DNA from: Candidatus Limnocylindrales bacterium
GTDB taxonomy: Bacteria > Moduliflexota > Moduliflexia > Moduliflexales > JAUQPW01
Assembly (NCBI GenBank): GCA_035559535.1
Contig: DATMBG010000058.1
Span: 1-64,000, forward strand
Direction: 5' to 3'
Length of the DNA: 64,000 bases
Position numbers and translations under genes: made by a program. Positions 1 through 10,543 of the stretch are shown here, piece after piece (the first letter of the stretch is position 1; each line of letters opens with the position of its first letter). Below the pieces are notes generated by a model. The model did no database searches. It was not told where the DNA came from and worked only from the letters and a program-made list of their open reading frames with translations.

Positions 1-72
1 GGTGGCTCACGGTTAAAGTTGGGAGGTGGGGGCCTTGGGAGAAAAGGCCCCCACCAAGCCAGGAGAAGAAGA

Positions 73-190
73 TCCCAGTGACCATAGCGAAGGGGAAACA
101 CCCGTTACCATTCCGAACACGGAAGTTAAGCCCTTCAGCGCCGATGGTACTGCAGGGGGGACCCTGTGGGAGAGTAGGTCGTCGCTGGGA
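73..190 (+). rRNA. rrf: 5S ribosomal RNA
   Basis: Canonical 5S motifs (ccattccgaacacggaagttaag, gccgatggtact, gggagagtaggtcgtcgc); ends pair (tcccag/ctggga); about 118 nt. Confidence 0.97.
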
Positions 191-213
191 TCTTTTTTTG
201 ACTTTGGCCTTAC

Positions 214-246
214 AAAGGCAGGGATTTTGATCCTTGCCTTTTTTTT
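214..246 (+). terminator. Intrinsic terminator after 5S rRNA
   Basis: Hairpin aaggcagggat-ttt-gatccttgcctt followed by a T-run. Confidence 0.8.
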
Positions 247-278
247 CTCTATTCTTTATAGAAAGGAGGTACAGGATC

Positions 279-1148
279 ATGGCTATAAAAACAGCCAAAA
301 TGTCCAAAATGACAACGGATGCTTCCGGTGATAAAAACCTCTGGCTTTACCTGCAAGAAATCGGGAGGATTCCTACCACTACCCGAGAAGAAGAAAAAGA
401 ATTGGCCCAGAGAATCCAGAAAGGGGATCGTGAAGCATTGAACCGCTTAGTAGAAGGAAATCTAAAATTCGTAGTTAAAGTTGCCCAAGGTTTTCAAGGA
501 ACTGGTTTGCCTTTGAGCGACTTAATCAATGAGGGAAACCTCGGACTTATTGAAGCGGCCAAGCGATTCGATCCGGCGAAGAATGTTAAATTCATTTCCT
601 ATGCAGTCTGGTGGATTCGACAGGCTATTTTACGGGCTTTATCTGAAAAAGGTCGAACCATTCGTCTGCCCTTAAAACAAGAAGGACTTGCAGTAAAACT
701 CGGTAAAATATCCCAAGAACTCTCTCAAGAGGGAAAAGAACTTACTTTGAAAGAAATCGCTGAACGAATGGATATTTCAGAAGAGGAAGTTCGAGACATC
801 CAGGAATTCTCACAAAGACCTTTGTCCTTAGATATGTCAACGACCGATGATGAAAAAGTTACCTTGATGAACCTGATCGCCAATAAAGACGGTCTTTCAC
901 CCGATGAGATTTTGATTAAACATACCCTCATTGAAGAACTTCAAAGACTTTTGGAGGAATTAGACCCTAGGGAAGCAACCATTTTACGACTGCGCTATGG
1001 AATAGACGAGGAAGGGCCTATGACACTGGAAGAAATCGGAGAAAGGTTACATCTCAGTCGAGAAAGGGTTCGACAACTGGAGAAGCGGGCCAAAGAGAAA
1101 TTAAAAAAGCGGGCAATTGCCAAAAGCTTAAGCGACTACCTGAATTAA
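279..1148 (+). CDS. RNA polymerase sigma-70 family factor (RpoS/RpoH-like, lacks region 1.1)
   Basis: Region 1.2 (LYLQEIG), region 2 (DLINEGNLGLIEAAKRFD, ISYAVWWIRQAI), region 4 HTH (TLEEIGERLHLSRERVRQLE). Start placed at ATG 279 behind AGGAGG. Confidence 0.93.
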   Translation: MAIKTAKMSKMTTDASGDKNLWLYLQEIGRIPTTTREEEKELAQRIQKGDREALNRLVEGNLKFVVKVAQGFQGTGLPLSDLINEGNLGLIEAAKRFDPAKNVKFISYAVWWIRQAILRALSEKGRTIRLPLKQEGLAVKLGKISQELSQEGKELTLKEIAERMDISEEEVRDIQEFSQRPLSLDMSTTDDEKVTLMNLIANKDGLSPDEILIKHTLIEELQRLLEELDPREATILRLRYGIDEEGPMTLEEIGERLHLSRERVRQLEKRAKEKLKKRAIAKSLSDYLN

Positions 1149-1180
1149 GCAGACTCGGAGGGTCTGCTTCTCCTTCTTTT
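1147..1180 (+). terminator. Probable intrinsic terminator
   Basis: aagcagact-cgga-gggtctgctt hairpin followed by a pyrimidine/T tract. Confidence 0.6.
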
Positions 1181-1754
1181 CTCTTTATTCTATCTTCTTT
1201 ACCATCTCTCAACTTTCCTTCCTTTGAAAAATCTCCCTTTAAAATTTCCAAAATTGGATAGAACTCGGATTTCGTTTTTACCCCTCCGTTTTTCTTTCTC
1301 TTCTTTATCTGGTTCATTTTCTCTCAACCTTAACTCTAAAAGAAATTTTAGAGATAGGCTATTTTGACAGAGAATTTCAGGGTTTTGAAAAAAAAGCGCC
1401 ATTTTGGCTTTAAGTTTTTTTAAAAAAAGACTTGACTAAAAAATACTCATAGGATATTCAGGTTACCTTATGTGATAGGATCGGTTTTAAAAGATAGGTT
1501 GATCCTAAGAATTGGAAAGGAGGTATCCAAAGTAACCCTACCTGGCCTATCCCCATAATTTGAGTTAAGGGTTTAACTCTTTCTCAAATCCCTCTAACAG
1601 GTTGTATCAGCAGGATAAGTAAGTTCTTGTTTTGACCCTCAATCTTAAAGCGGAACCCTAAATGGGAAACATCCTGCCTGAATTTTTAATGAAGGAGGTT
1701 ATGAAGTAAACAGTAAAAATTTAAAAGATTTCTCTTTGAGATATAAAAAGTGAA

Positions 1755-1780
1755 AGGGGGAAGCGGCAACTTCCCCCTCG
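1755..1780. terminator. GC-rich hairpin, possible terminator
   Basis: agggggaag-cggcaa-cttccccct, A-rich on the left side. Confidence 0.45.
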
Positions 1781-2016
1781 GTTATGTCTAGATAAACCCT
1801 ATCCCTCTAGGCATTGAGGATAAGGCATTTTTATTATCTTCAAGGATACGCGGGATGTCAAGATTTTTTTAATGATGTTAAGTAGATCTTACCCTGTATC
1901 AAGAATACGAACTTGCAAAAAACCTAATCTTCTTAAATCCCTGATTTTAATTCTCCTGTTCTCCTATACCCAAATCCATACCATATCTTTAACTCGTGCA
2001 GCCACCGGAAAAGTGA

Positions 2017-2399
2017 GTGTTTATAACTCTAATCCTCATTATCTTCAGGATGCCCATGGGTAATACATTCGTAATTATTGGATTTGATAAGGAGGAACAT
2101 AATCCTCCCGGAGTACTGGATCAGCTCAAAGGCAAATCACTTATCAACGAGCCTACGCGGCTTCATGGCAGATTAGTGAAGATCCAAATGCTTATCGATG
2201 GGGGAGGCTTTGGCCTATGGTAAATGGAAAGGCGGCTATGAACACCTGGAATGAGCGGTACCAGTCTAATCTCCGGGATTATTTGAATGCGGAAAATAAT
2301 GTCAATGTGAATCTCTCTGCGGCTGGTGATTCGTTTACTTATCAATGGTATGATCCCCGGATGGGTGCTATAGCTGCTTCAGGTCAAGTAAGCAAGTAA
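2017..2399 (+). pseudogene. Probable degraded gene fragment (DUF4038/collagen-binding-like C-terminus)
   Basis: Short broken ORFs; the fragment VNLSAAGDSFTYQWYDPRMG resembles the WYDPRxG C-terminal motif of such proteins. Confidence 0.4.
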
Positions 2400-2630
2400 G
2401 TGGGGGGGGCATTCTGTTGGTGGGTGATTCCGTAGGGTCGCCTGCCCTTTGGGCAATATTTACAGAGAATCGTTATTAAACTCCCATGAAAAATCTATTG
2501 ACCAGGGGGAATTCCACGGATTAGTATATTTTCATCTTTTTAAAGAATTTCCATGTTAATGGAATATTGAACAGAGTAAAATAAGCTGAATTTTGATGGT
2601 AAATAACCCTGGCCTGGTAAGGAGAAAAGT

Positions 2631-3527
2631 ATGAGTTGGAAATTTGAGATAATAGCCGGTCCCATGGAACTCACAGAAGGCCCTGCCTGGGATGGAACCG
2701 GGCTTCTATTCAGTAATATTCCTAAAAGTCGGATTATGCGCTATGATCCACAAACCGGACAATGTACGGAGGTCCGAAGCGGTACTAATAACGCCAATGG
2801 TCTCATGCTAGATAAAAATGGACGCCTCTATGCATGTGAAGGGGGTAGCGGGGGGCGACGGATTGTCCGTTATGAGCCTGATGGGAGTACTACCGTCATC
2901 TGTGATCGATTTGAAGGCAAGCGTTTTAACAGTCCTAACGATTTAGCTATAGATCTTCAAGGTCGGATTTGGTTTACCGACCCTCGTTATGGTGACTTCC
3001 GCGCCGATATGGAACTCGATCATGAATCTGTTTTTCGCGCCGATCCACAACTGGACGGAACCTGGAGGGTCAAACGAATGACCTATGATACCACCTGCCC
3101 TAATGGACTGCTTCTCTCGCCAGATAATAAGATTCTCTATGTGGCTCAAAGCAAGTATGGTGAAAATGAAAAGCGCGAACTGCGAGCCTATCCCATTAAA
3201 GAGGATGATACCCTAGGACCCTATGAGGTATTACATAACTTTTATCCCCATCGAGGAATTGACGGCATGGTCATGGATACGGAAGGCAATATTATTGCCA
3301 CCGCCGGATGGAAACAGAGTGGTCCCGGTCCTATGATTTATGTGTTTGCACCTAACGGTCGTGTGCTTGAAACCCATCCGGTACCCGTGGATCGACCCAC
3401 CAACTGTACTTTTGGGGATTCAGACCTACGTACCTTGTATGTAACGACTTTTGAGGGATACTTGTTACGAGCCCGAACAGAACGACAAGGCCTGTTGATT
3501 TATCCTCCTCTCCAAAAATCACCCTGA
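2631..3527 (+). CDS. SMP-30/gluconolactonase/LRE family beta-propeller
   Basis: TEGPAW, NGL, FNSPNDL, PNGL and DG motifs; SD aaggag. Confidence 0.92.
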   Translation: MSWKFEIIAGPMELTEGPAWDGTGLLFSNIPKSRIMRYDPQTGQCTEVRSGTNNANGLMLDKNGRLYACEGGSGGRRIVRYEPDGSTTVICDRFEGKRFNSPNDLAIDLQGRIWFTDPRYGDFRADMELDHESVFRADPQLDGTWRVKRMTYDTTCPNGLLLSPDNKILYVAQSKYGENEKRELRAYPIKEDDTLGPYEVLHNFYPHRGIDGMVMDTEGNIIATAGWKQSGPGPMIYVFAPNGRVLETHPVPVDRPTNCTFGDSDLRTLYVTTFEGYLLRARTERQGLLIYPPLQKSP

Positions 3528-3662
3528 AGATTTCGGAAGCTTTTAGAGTTTGAGGCCTGATCTTTGTTTATCCTTGATCCGTTTCAAAATAGCAGGAAAG
3601 AGACACATTACCGGAGGTTGGTGTTTTCCTATTTCTTTGTATTTTGGGAGTAAACTGCAAAA

Positions 3663-4706
3663 TCAGGATTTAGTAGGTTTGAGGTTTAGAGGGATCTTAG
3701 CTGTTTTACCTTGTTCGATCTCTCCGACCTGTAGTTCTGCCCGGGTGGTAGAAACCGGTATAGAAAATATCACCTCCCCTTCTTTCGTACCACCTCGAGT
3801 TATCAATTCGCGGAAAGATTCCATAGGGGTCAGGGGCCCACTCTGTAGGAGTAAACGAAAGTTATTGGCATCTACAAAAATCCCCCCCGCCGATTTACCC
3901 TTATAAGTTACCTGCAGGGCGAGTTTTAGAAAAAGTCTACCTTCTTCGACACGTTCCCCTTGATTATCCAGATCCAGGGATAAAGCCAGGATTTTATACA
4001 GCGTATCTTTTACAGTTGCTTCCCCTTTAACCGGTAGGAAGATCGGGTATTGGGCCAGGGAAGTCAGACCATCAAAGGGTAATGTGGTCGGTTCCTTACC
4101 CGGCTGGCTTAAGATTAATTTGGCTCCTTTCCAGGAGGCATTTAAAGGTACAGGAAAGATAAGTCGGATCTCCTTGGTAACATGGGGACCGATCACATCT
4201 TTCCATTTATTCCCTTCACCGGCTGTTGGATTCATAGGGGGATTTACCTCGTAATAGAGTGTTTTATCCTCAAGTTGGAGCTTTACCAGGTTTTGGGGAA
4301 TGAATAGATCTTTTGCACTCAAGGGATTATGGACGGATAAATCAATATAAGCATAAGCCTGATCAGATTGATATTTCTGCCCCTGGTTGATAGGGCTTAA
4401 AGGCACTTGATTATTGATGATAGCCTTTGTTACGGTAAATTGTAAGTTAGCGTAACGTACCTGACCCGGTAGGGTTCCTTCCAGGGGTCGAGAAAAAGGA
4501 GCAATCTTTGATTTAGATATCTCAGCGGGTTGTGGAGAATTATCTGAAACACTCTCTTTCTGGCTACTTCCTAAAATCTCTTTCATATTTATAGTCAGCC
4601 ACTTCGAACTCAAAGGCGCAGCCAGAAGGAGAGCCACAAGTATGAAAAAACTAAAACTAACTGTAATTTTTAACTCGTCCACCGGAAAGGAATCGTCCCT
4701 AAACAT
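3663..4706 (-). CDS. Membrane-anchored hypothetical protein with two DUF4352-like Ig folds
   Basis: N-terminal hydrophobic segment; two beta-rich repeats ending in 'IRLIFPVP' and 'GEVIFSIP'. Confidence 0.6.
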   Translation of the reverse strand: MFRDDSFPVDELKITVSFSFFILVALLLAAPLSSKWLTINMKEILGSSQKESVSDNSPQPAEISKSKIAPFSRPLEGTLPGQVRYANLQFTVTKAIINNQVPLSPINQGQKYQSDQAYAYIDLSVHNPLSAKDLFIPQNLVKLQLEDKTLYYEVNPPMNPTAGEGNKWKDVIGPHVTKEIRLIFPVPLNASWKGAKLILSQPGKEPTTLPFDGLTSLAQYPIFLPVKGEATVKDTLYKILALSLDLDNQGERVEEGRLFLKLALQVTYKGKSAGGIFVDANNFRLLLQSGPLTPMESFRELITRGGTKEGEVIFSIPVSTTRAELQVGEIEQGKTAKIPLNLKPTKS

Positions 4707-4807
4707 ACATAAAGATACTGCAGATTTACCGTACCGCCTGCCTTTCTGATTGGATTAGTCTGCGCGTATTGTATGTTCCTGGGAGGTTTTAATGAATATT
4801 TAATTAT

Positions 4808-6196
4808 TTAATAAGGAATGACTTTACCTCGCATATCCCTGGGAACTTCCAGACCCATGAGATTTAAGACTGTTGGCGCGATATCCATGATTTGAAGTCC
4901 GTCAACCCGTTTTCCTATTCTCTTTTGAGGATCTCGGAGAATAAAGGTTCCATATTTGGCATGATTGGCATCATCGGGACCTGTATCGTTCTCGAAAGTG
5001 TGAATGGTCTTGAGTCCGATGCTTCCTACGGATCTCCAGTCTAGATTTCCAAAATAAACGATCAAATCCGGAGGGACATTGTTACACTGGATATAAAGCT
5101 GTTCCGGTCTAAACACCCGGGTTCCAATATTTTTACCATTTTCATCGGTCATAGCCTCCAGCTTTGCGATTAACTCATCTCGAATTTTTTCGTAATCCTT
5201 GGGATCAATGGCTCCCTGGGGTTCCCGGCCCTTCACGTTCATGAATACCCGGGCATAGTAGCCACCTTCACTCCAAACCTTTGTACGTTCCCAGTCCACT
5301 TCCGCTTTGGAAAAGGGAATCACTTCGTTGGGATAAGACCTGAGCTTGAGATAACCTTCCTGGATTAACCATTCGTTAACACAGATTCCACCTTCCATAC
5401 GCTTGGCGCCATGATCTGAGACGACCAGGGTGACGGTATCTCTGTCCAGCAAGGAGAGAATTTCCCCTATCTCCTGATCGATATACCGGTAATACTCCTT
5501 AATGGCACTCTCAAAGGAATTTCCCGGTTCATATTTTCGATGTCCTTTGTCAAAATACTTCCAAAAACCGTGATGAATACGGTCAACTCCCATTTCCACC
5601 ATCATGAAAAAATCCCATTCCTTGTTCTTCAATAAGTACTTGGCGACTTTAAAACGACGACGGGTCATCTCATGGATGCGACGGAGTAAATCTTCTTTAT
5701 CCTCAGTCCTGAAGTTATCGGCATCTAGGATATATTCCCCGACCAGATCTTCCACCTCTTGTCGTAGTTCCGGGGGGTAGGTATACTGACTTTTGGTACT
5801 GGGAGTGAGAAAACAGGTGATCATCTGGCCGTTGATGGCTTTGGGGGGATAGGTTTGAGGAATTCCAACTAAGATAACCTTTCTTCCCAGACGGGAGAGA
5901 ATGTCCCATACGGTGTCTTCTCGAATAGACCGAGAGTTGGCAAAATATAGTCCATCATAGGAGTAATCTTTTCGATTCCGAAAACCATAAACCCCCAGTT
6001 GGCCGGGATCTTTGCTGGTCATCATGGTCATCCAGGCGGGTACGGTAATGGGAGGATCACAACTTTCCAGTTCTCCGTAAATACCCTGCTGTCGGAGCAG
6101 AGTTAGGTTGGGTAAATCTGCAGCCCATTGGTCAAAAATTAACTCAGGGGCCGCGCTATCCAATCCGATAATCGCAACTTTTTTTTGCGTAGCCAT
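4808..6196 (-). CDS. Alkaline phosphatase superfamily (nucleotide pyrophosphatase/phosphodiesterase) protein
   Basis: IIGLDSA, PPITVPAW (Thr nucleophile), DRIHH, VSDHG, DDANH. Confidence 0.9.
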   Translation of the reverse strand: MATQKKVAIIGLDSAAPELIFDQWAADLPNLTLLRQQGIYGELESCDPPITVPAWMTMMTSKDPGQLGVYGFRNRKDYSYDGLYFANSRSIREDTVWDILSRLGRKVILVGIPQTYPPKAINGQMITCFLTPSTKSQYTYPPELRQEVEDLVGEYILDADNFRTEDKEDLLRRIHEMTRRRFKVAKYLLKNKEWDFFMMVEMGVDRIHHGFWKYFDKGHRKYEPGNSFESAIKEYYRYIDQEIGEILSLLDRDTVTLVVSDHGAKRMEGGICVNEWLIQEGYLKLRSYPNEVIPFSKAEVDWERTKVWSEGGYYARVFMNVKGREPQGAIDPKDYEKIRDELIAKLEAMTDENGKNIGTRVFRPEQLYIQCNNVPPDLIVYFGNLDWRSVGSIGLKTIHTFENDTGPDDANHAKYGTFILRDPQKRIGKRVDGLQIMDIAPTVLNLMGLEVPRDMRGKVIPY

Positions 6197-6258
6197 GATT
6201 AAAAGGCGAAAGGCAAAAGACAAGAGAAGAGATACTTTCGTCTTTCGCTTTTCCCCTT

Positions 6259-7443
6259 TTATTTTGTTTCACGGTAAGCTTCGATCAAAATTTTGGATAC
6301 CTCCCGTCGGGTAAATTCATCCGGAAGCATTTCACCGGCCCGGAGCATTTCTCGTACCTTGGTCCCGCTTAATATAACCCGATGTTCATCTGAATGAACA
6401 CAGGTCTTCTCAGAAGCCATGTGTCCGCAACGTCTGCAATAAAACGTGTGATCGAAGAAAACCGGCGTGATTCCAATTTCATCTTTTCCAAATCGGCTAA
6501 ATATCTTTTGGGCATCGTAAGTACCGTAATAATTACCAACCCCGGCATGATCGCGTCCTACGATGAAGTGCGTGCAACCATAATTTTTTCGTACCAGTGC
6601 ATGGAAAATGGCTTCTCTGGGCCCTGCATATCTCATGGCAGCGGGAAAAACAGCCAGCAGAACCCGATCTTTTGGATAATAATTTTCAATCAAGGCCAGA
6701 TAGCACTTCATCCGAATCTCTGCAGGGATATCATCCCCTTTCGTTTCTCCAACAAGGGGATGAATCAGGAGTCCGTCCACCGTTTCCAGGGCACACTTCT
6801 GAATGTATTCGTGGGCCCTGTGGATGGGATTTCGGGTCTGAAAGGCCACCACCCGATGCCAGCCTTTGTATCGGAATAGGTAACGAGTTTCTTTAGGATC
6901 CAGGCGATATTTGTCATAGTAATCATAATTGATTCGATTCAGGAGCGTTATCCGACCCCCCAAAAGGATCTCTTTCATTTCATATAAATAAGCAACGCCG
7001 GGATGTTTAAGCTCGGTTGTTAAAAAAACATGTTTAGCCTCTATTTCTTTATCGTACGTGTATTTCTCTTGTAAATGTAAAATACCTACCGGAACCTCGG
7101 TCTGACTATAAAGGGCTATTTCCTCACCGATCTTGAGAGTGTCCGCTTTCTCTTTAGAGACGGAAAGGGTAATAGGAATGGTCCAGGGGAGTCCATTGGC
7201 CAGACGCATCCGATAAACGACACTTTCATAGTCCTCCCGCCCCATAAACCCCTCCAGGGGAGAGAAGGCTCCTACGGCAATCATTTCCAGGTCGGAAATC
7301 TCTCGGTTGCTCAAATAAATCCTTTCCATCCGTTCGATCCGATCCAAAGCATTTTGACGTTGTTCCCCTTCCAAAACTCTGTTGATCAGCCTTCCACCAT
7401 GGGGAAGAATAGAATGCACCATCTCTTTTTCTAATGTTTTCAT
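6259..7443 (-). CDS. sat: Sulfate adenylyltransferase (ATP sulfurylase)
   Basis: [37 protein letters not shown]. Confidence 0.97.
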   Translation of the reverse strand: MKTLEKEMVHSILPHGGRLINRVLEGEQRQNALDRIERMERIYLSNREISDLEMIAVGAFSPLEGFMGREDYESVVYRMRLANGLPWTIPITLSVSKEKADTLKIGEEIALYSQTEVPVGILHLQEKYTYDKEIEAKHVFLTTELKHPGVAYLYEMKEILLGGRITLLNRINYDYYDKYRLDPKETRYLFRYKGWHRVVAFQTRNPIHRAHEYIQKCALETVDGLLIHPLVGETKGDDIPAEIRMKCYLALIENYYPKDRVLLAVFPAAMRYAGPREAIFHALVRKNYGCTHFIVGRDHAGVGNYYGTYDAQKIFSRFGKDEIGITPVFFDHTFYCRRCGHMASEKTCVHSDEHRVILSGTKVREMLRAGEMLPDEFTRREVSKILIEAYRETK

Positions 7444-7599
7444 CTCTTCTGGGATTGCTTTAATAGGTGATGATCTGTGGTATAAGAGTAGAAATGAGGT
7501 AACCTCATCCCTACTCTAAAACAGTTTATCTGTTTTATCGCTGCAAATTCCTCTGTATGTCTCTTGATTAAGAAATCAAGGAAAGATAAAATCTAGGCT

Positions 7600-7628
7600 A
7601 AAATAACAGTTCTGCCCATCTGTGTCAA
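7600..7628 (-). promoter_or_regulatory. sigma-70-type promoter for sat
   Basis: Minus strand TTGACA-17 nt-TATTTT with an extended TG. Confidence 0.55.
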
Positions 7629-7679
7629 GAACCCTTTATTAACTTATTGAAGTTTCCAGGAAATCCGGCAATAAATTAT

Positions 7680-7695
7680 TGCAAATTAATTGCCA
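7680..7695 (-). promoter_or_regulatory. sigma-54 (-24/-12) promoter candidate upstream of sat
   Basis: Minus strand TGGCAATTAATTTGCA matches GG-N10-GC. Confidence 0.6.
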
Positions 7696-7738
7696 GTTAT
7701 TTGGGTCTTGCCGTTGATCCCTGAAGGAGATATATTTA

Positions 7739-7806
7739 GGACCAGAGTCAATTTTAGAGTATGGTCATAATTAATTTCAGGTCCCATGTAAGTTAACCAC
7801 GGTCAT
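7739..7806 (+). promoter_or_regulatory. Putative TetR operator sites
   Basis: Three degenerate TGAC-N4-GTCA boxes (ggaccagagtca, agagtatggtca, taaccacggtca) just downstream of TTGCCG-17-TATATT. Confidence 0.45.
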
Positions 7807-7937
7807 TCTAACCCGTTTACATTCCTTAACATAAAGGGGTTAAGTCGGGTTGTCGCCCGTAATGACCTTCCTACTGGATCCTTTTCATCTTGAAAAGATA
7901 TAATCGGATCCTTCGTGAAGGAACTTGCGCAACTACT

Positions 7938-8549
7938 GTGAAAAATACTTCTCTATCTCGTCGCGAGCGTAAAAAGATCGAGACAAAGGAAAAGATTTTT
8001 AAGGCAGCTCTCTCCCTTTTTTTGGAAAAAGGTTTTGAGAATACCACGGTAGAGGAAATTACCGAAAAAGCAGATGTGGGGAAGGGTACTTTTTTTAATT
8101 ACTTTCCCCGAAAGGAGTCTATTTTAATTTATTTAGGGGAGAGACGTATGGAGGCTATTCAAGAAGCCTTCCGTGAGACTATATCGGAGGACCTGACGAT
8201 TGAAGCAATACTTAAGAGAATTTTTGAAATCCTGGCTCAAGAAAACTTGAAAGAAAAACCTTTGGTGAAATGGATAGTGATGCAGTCCTTCAAAGCCAGG
8301 AAGTCTGTTAAAGAGGAAGTCAAGGAACAGCAACACTATTTTCGATCTCTCCTTGAGCATTTAATTGATAAAGGCCAGAGACGAGGTGAGATTCGAAGGG
8401 AGTTTAAAGCGCTCAAACTGGCCGAGATTTTGGAAGGTATTTACTTTTCTTCGGTTTTTAAATGGCTTGAATCCGAGAAGGAGGATTCCTTAGCCGGAGA
8501 TTTATTGGAAAAGATCGAGATTATTTTTGAAGGAATTCGACCAAGATGA
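7938..8549 (+). CDS. TetR/AcrR family transcriptional regulator
   Basis: SRRERKK...GFENTTVEEITEKADVGKGTFFNYF HTH; start uncertain (GTG 7938 vs TTG 7890). Confidence 0.93.
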   Translation: MKNTSLSRRERKKIETKEKIFKAALSLFLEKGFENTTVEEITEKADVGKGTFFNYFPRKESILIYLGERRMEAIQEAFRETISEDLTIEAILKRIFEILAQENLKEKPLVKWIVMQSFKARKSVKEEVKEQQHYFRSLLEHLIDKGQRRGEIRREFKALKLAEILEGIYFSSVFKWLESEKEDSLAGDLLEKIEIIFEGIRPR

Positions 8550-9775
8550 AAGGTTTAGTTAAACAGGTCATGGGAGTGATTTTAATAGCTCTGGTGGGTT
8601 ATCTGGGAAATGATTACTATCAGAAAAAGCAAGTATTGCCTGTAAAAGCGGTTACGGTAAAGAGAGGAGATATTGTAGAAACGGTTTCTTCAACGGCCAC
8701 TGGAACAATTGAATCCGATCAAGAGGTAACTATCAGCGCCGAAGTATCGGGTCGGATTGAAAAACTTTATGTTAAAGAAGGGGATTATATAGAAGGGGGT
8801 AAACCACTCCTTCACCTGGAAAAGAGCGAAGCCCAGGCGCAAGTCCAGCAAGCCAGGGCTAATTTGCTGGCTGCAGAAGCTCGATTAAAGGAAGCTCAAA
8901 CCGGTTATCAAATGAGCAAGGCGCTTATTCAACCTCAATTGGACGAAGCCAAAGCCAATCTTCAGCATGCCGAAGGTACGTTAAATCGAATTCGGAAGTT
9001 ATATGTGCAGGGGATTATGCCCAAAGATAGGTTGGATGAGGCCGAACGGGCTTATACCATTGCACGGGCTCAATATGAAACAGCCCTAGCTAATAAATCT
9101 CAGGTTCGTGCAAAAGAACAGGAAGTTGCTTCTGCCTATGCTGCCCGGGAACAGATGAAGGCTGCTTTAACGCTGGCAGAAATCGGCCTGAGTCGTAAGG
9201 TCATTATGGCACCTTTCTCAGGTTTAATCACGGAAGTCTCTGTCAAACAGGGAGAGTTTATTACTCCTGGACAACCCATCGCAAGGATCGTTGATACTTC
9301 AAAACTGTATATCAGCGCAACCATTGATGAGGCCGATGTTAGAAAGGTTAAAGTAGGCCAAGAGGTCCGCGTAACCTTGGACGCTTTTCCCAATAAAACC
9401 TTTCAGGGAGTCGTTTCGGAAATCTCCCCGGTCATTTCGGCTAAAAAGTTAGAGACTCGAACCTCCAAAGTGAAAGTTAGACTGAATTCCGAAATGGAAG
9501 GGCTAATGCCGGGACTTTCCGCCGATATCGAGATTATTGTGGGAAAAGGTCAAAATGTTCTCTATGTTCCAACGGCGGCTATTATGGAAAGGGAAACTAA
9601 GAAGATGGTTTTTACCATCGAGAAGGGAAAAGCTCAACGGCGTGAAGTAAGAACTGGTCTATCCAATTGGGACTATACGGAGATTTTAGACGGTCTGAAG
9701 GAGGGGGAACAAATTATTACAACCCTGGATGATCCGGCTCTTAAGGAGGGAAAATCCATCATCCTCAGCCCATAA
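8546..9775 (+). CDS. MacA-like membrane fusion protein (periplasmic adaptor)
   Basis: N-terminal TM; lipoyl halves (SGRIEKLYVKEGD / APFSGLITEVSVKQGE); coiled-coil hairpin; ATGA overlap with tetR. Confidence 0.92.
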   Translation: MKGLVKQVMGVILIALVGYLGNDYYQKKQVLPVKAVTVKRGDIVETVSSTATGTIESDQEVTISAEVSGRIEKLYVKEGDYIEGGKPLLHLEKSEAQAQVQQARANLLAAEARLKEAQTGYQMSKALIQPQLDEAKANLQHAEGTLNRIRKLYVQGIMPKDRLDEAERAYTIARAQYETALANKSQVRAKEQEVASAYAAREQMKAALTLAEIGLSRKVIMAPFSGLITEVSVKQGEFITPGQPIARIVDTSKLYISATIDEADVRKVKVGQEVRVTLDAFPNKTFQGVVSEISPVISAKKLETRTSKVKVRLNSEMEGLMPGLSADIEIIVGKGQNVLYVPTAAIMERETKKMVFTIEKGKAQRREVRTGLSNWDYTEILDGLKEGEQIITTLDDPALKEGKSIILSP

Positions 9776-9779
9776 CCCT

Positions 9780-10496
9780 ATGATTCAGCTTAAAGATATT
9801 TCAAAGGTGTATGCTCTGGGAGCCCAAGAAGTAGAGGTTTTGCGTAACATTTCTTTGGAAATTAAACCCGGAGAGTTTCTATCTTTAGTAGGTCCTTCTG
9901 GGTCTGGTAAGTCTACGTTGATGAATATCTTAGGTTGTCTGGATAAACCAACGCGCGGATCTTATTTTTTTGAAGGAGTTTCGGTTGCCGATTTAAACGA
10001 TGATCAGTTGGCCGAAATTCGAAACAAGAAAATCGGATTTGTGTTTCAATCGTTCCATCTCCTCCCCCGAATTAATGCTTTACAAAATGTGGAACTCCCC
10101 CTTATTTATGCCGGAGTACCCCGCTCAAAGAGAAAAGAGAGAGCCCGAGAGGTTCTGACAGCAGTTGACCTTGCCGATCGGATCCATCATAAACCCAATG
10201 AACTTTCCGGAGGTCAACGTCAAAGGGTTGCCATTGCCAGGGCTCTGGTTAATAACCCTCAGATTATTCTGGCAGATGAACCCACAGGAAATCTCGATAC
10301 CAGATCGGGAAATGAAATCCTACAGATTTTTGAAAAACTCAACCGGCAAGGGGTAACCCTGGTTATTGTAACCCATGATCTCTCTATTGCCCAAAGAACC
10401 CACCGTATTGTGACCTTACGGGATGGAGAGATTATTAAAGATGAAACCAGAAGGAAAGAAAGAGAGGGTGAAGGAATGGAGAGACGGTGGAGATAG
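9780..10496 (+). CDS. ABC transporter ATP-binding protein (MacB/LolD family)
   Basis: GPSGSGKS, LSGGQRQR, ILADEPTGNLD, VTHD. Confidence 0.95.
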   Translation: MIQLKDISKVYALGAQEVEVLRNISLEIKPGEFLSLVGPSGSGKSTLMNILGCLDKPTRGSYFFEGVSVADLNDDQLAEIRNKKIGFVFQSFHLLPRINALQNVELPLIYAGVPRSKRKERAREVLTAVDLADRIHHKPNELSGGQRQRVAIARALVNNPQIILADEPTGNLDTRSGNEILQIFEKLNRQGVTLVIVTHDLSIAQRTHRIVTLRDGEIIKDETRRKEREGEGMERRWR

Positions 10497-10543
10497 AATT
10501 TTTCCCCCTGGAACTTCCATTCCTCCATGGAATTTTCTTCTTA

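Noticed and set aside
26..331. 101-aa ORF
   Set aside because: Overlaps the 5S rRNA gene; spurious
279..1148. Calling the sigma factor rpoD
   Set aside because: Only 289 aa with no region 1.1; subfamily cannot be fixed without phylogeny
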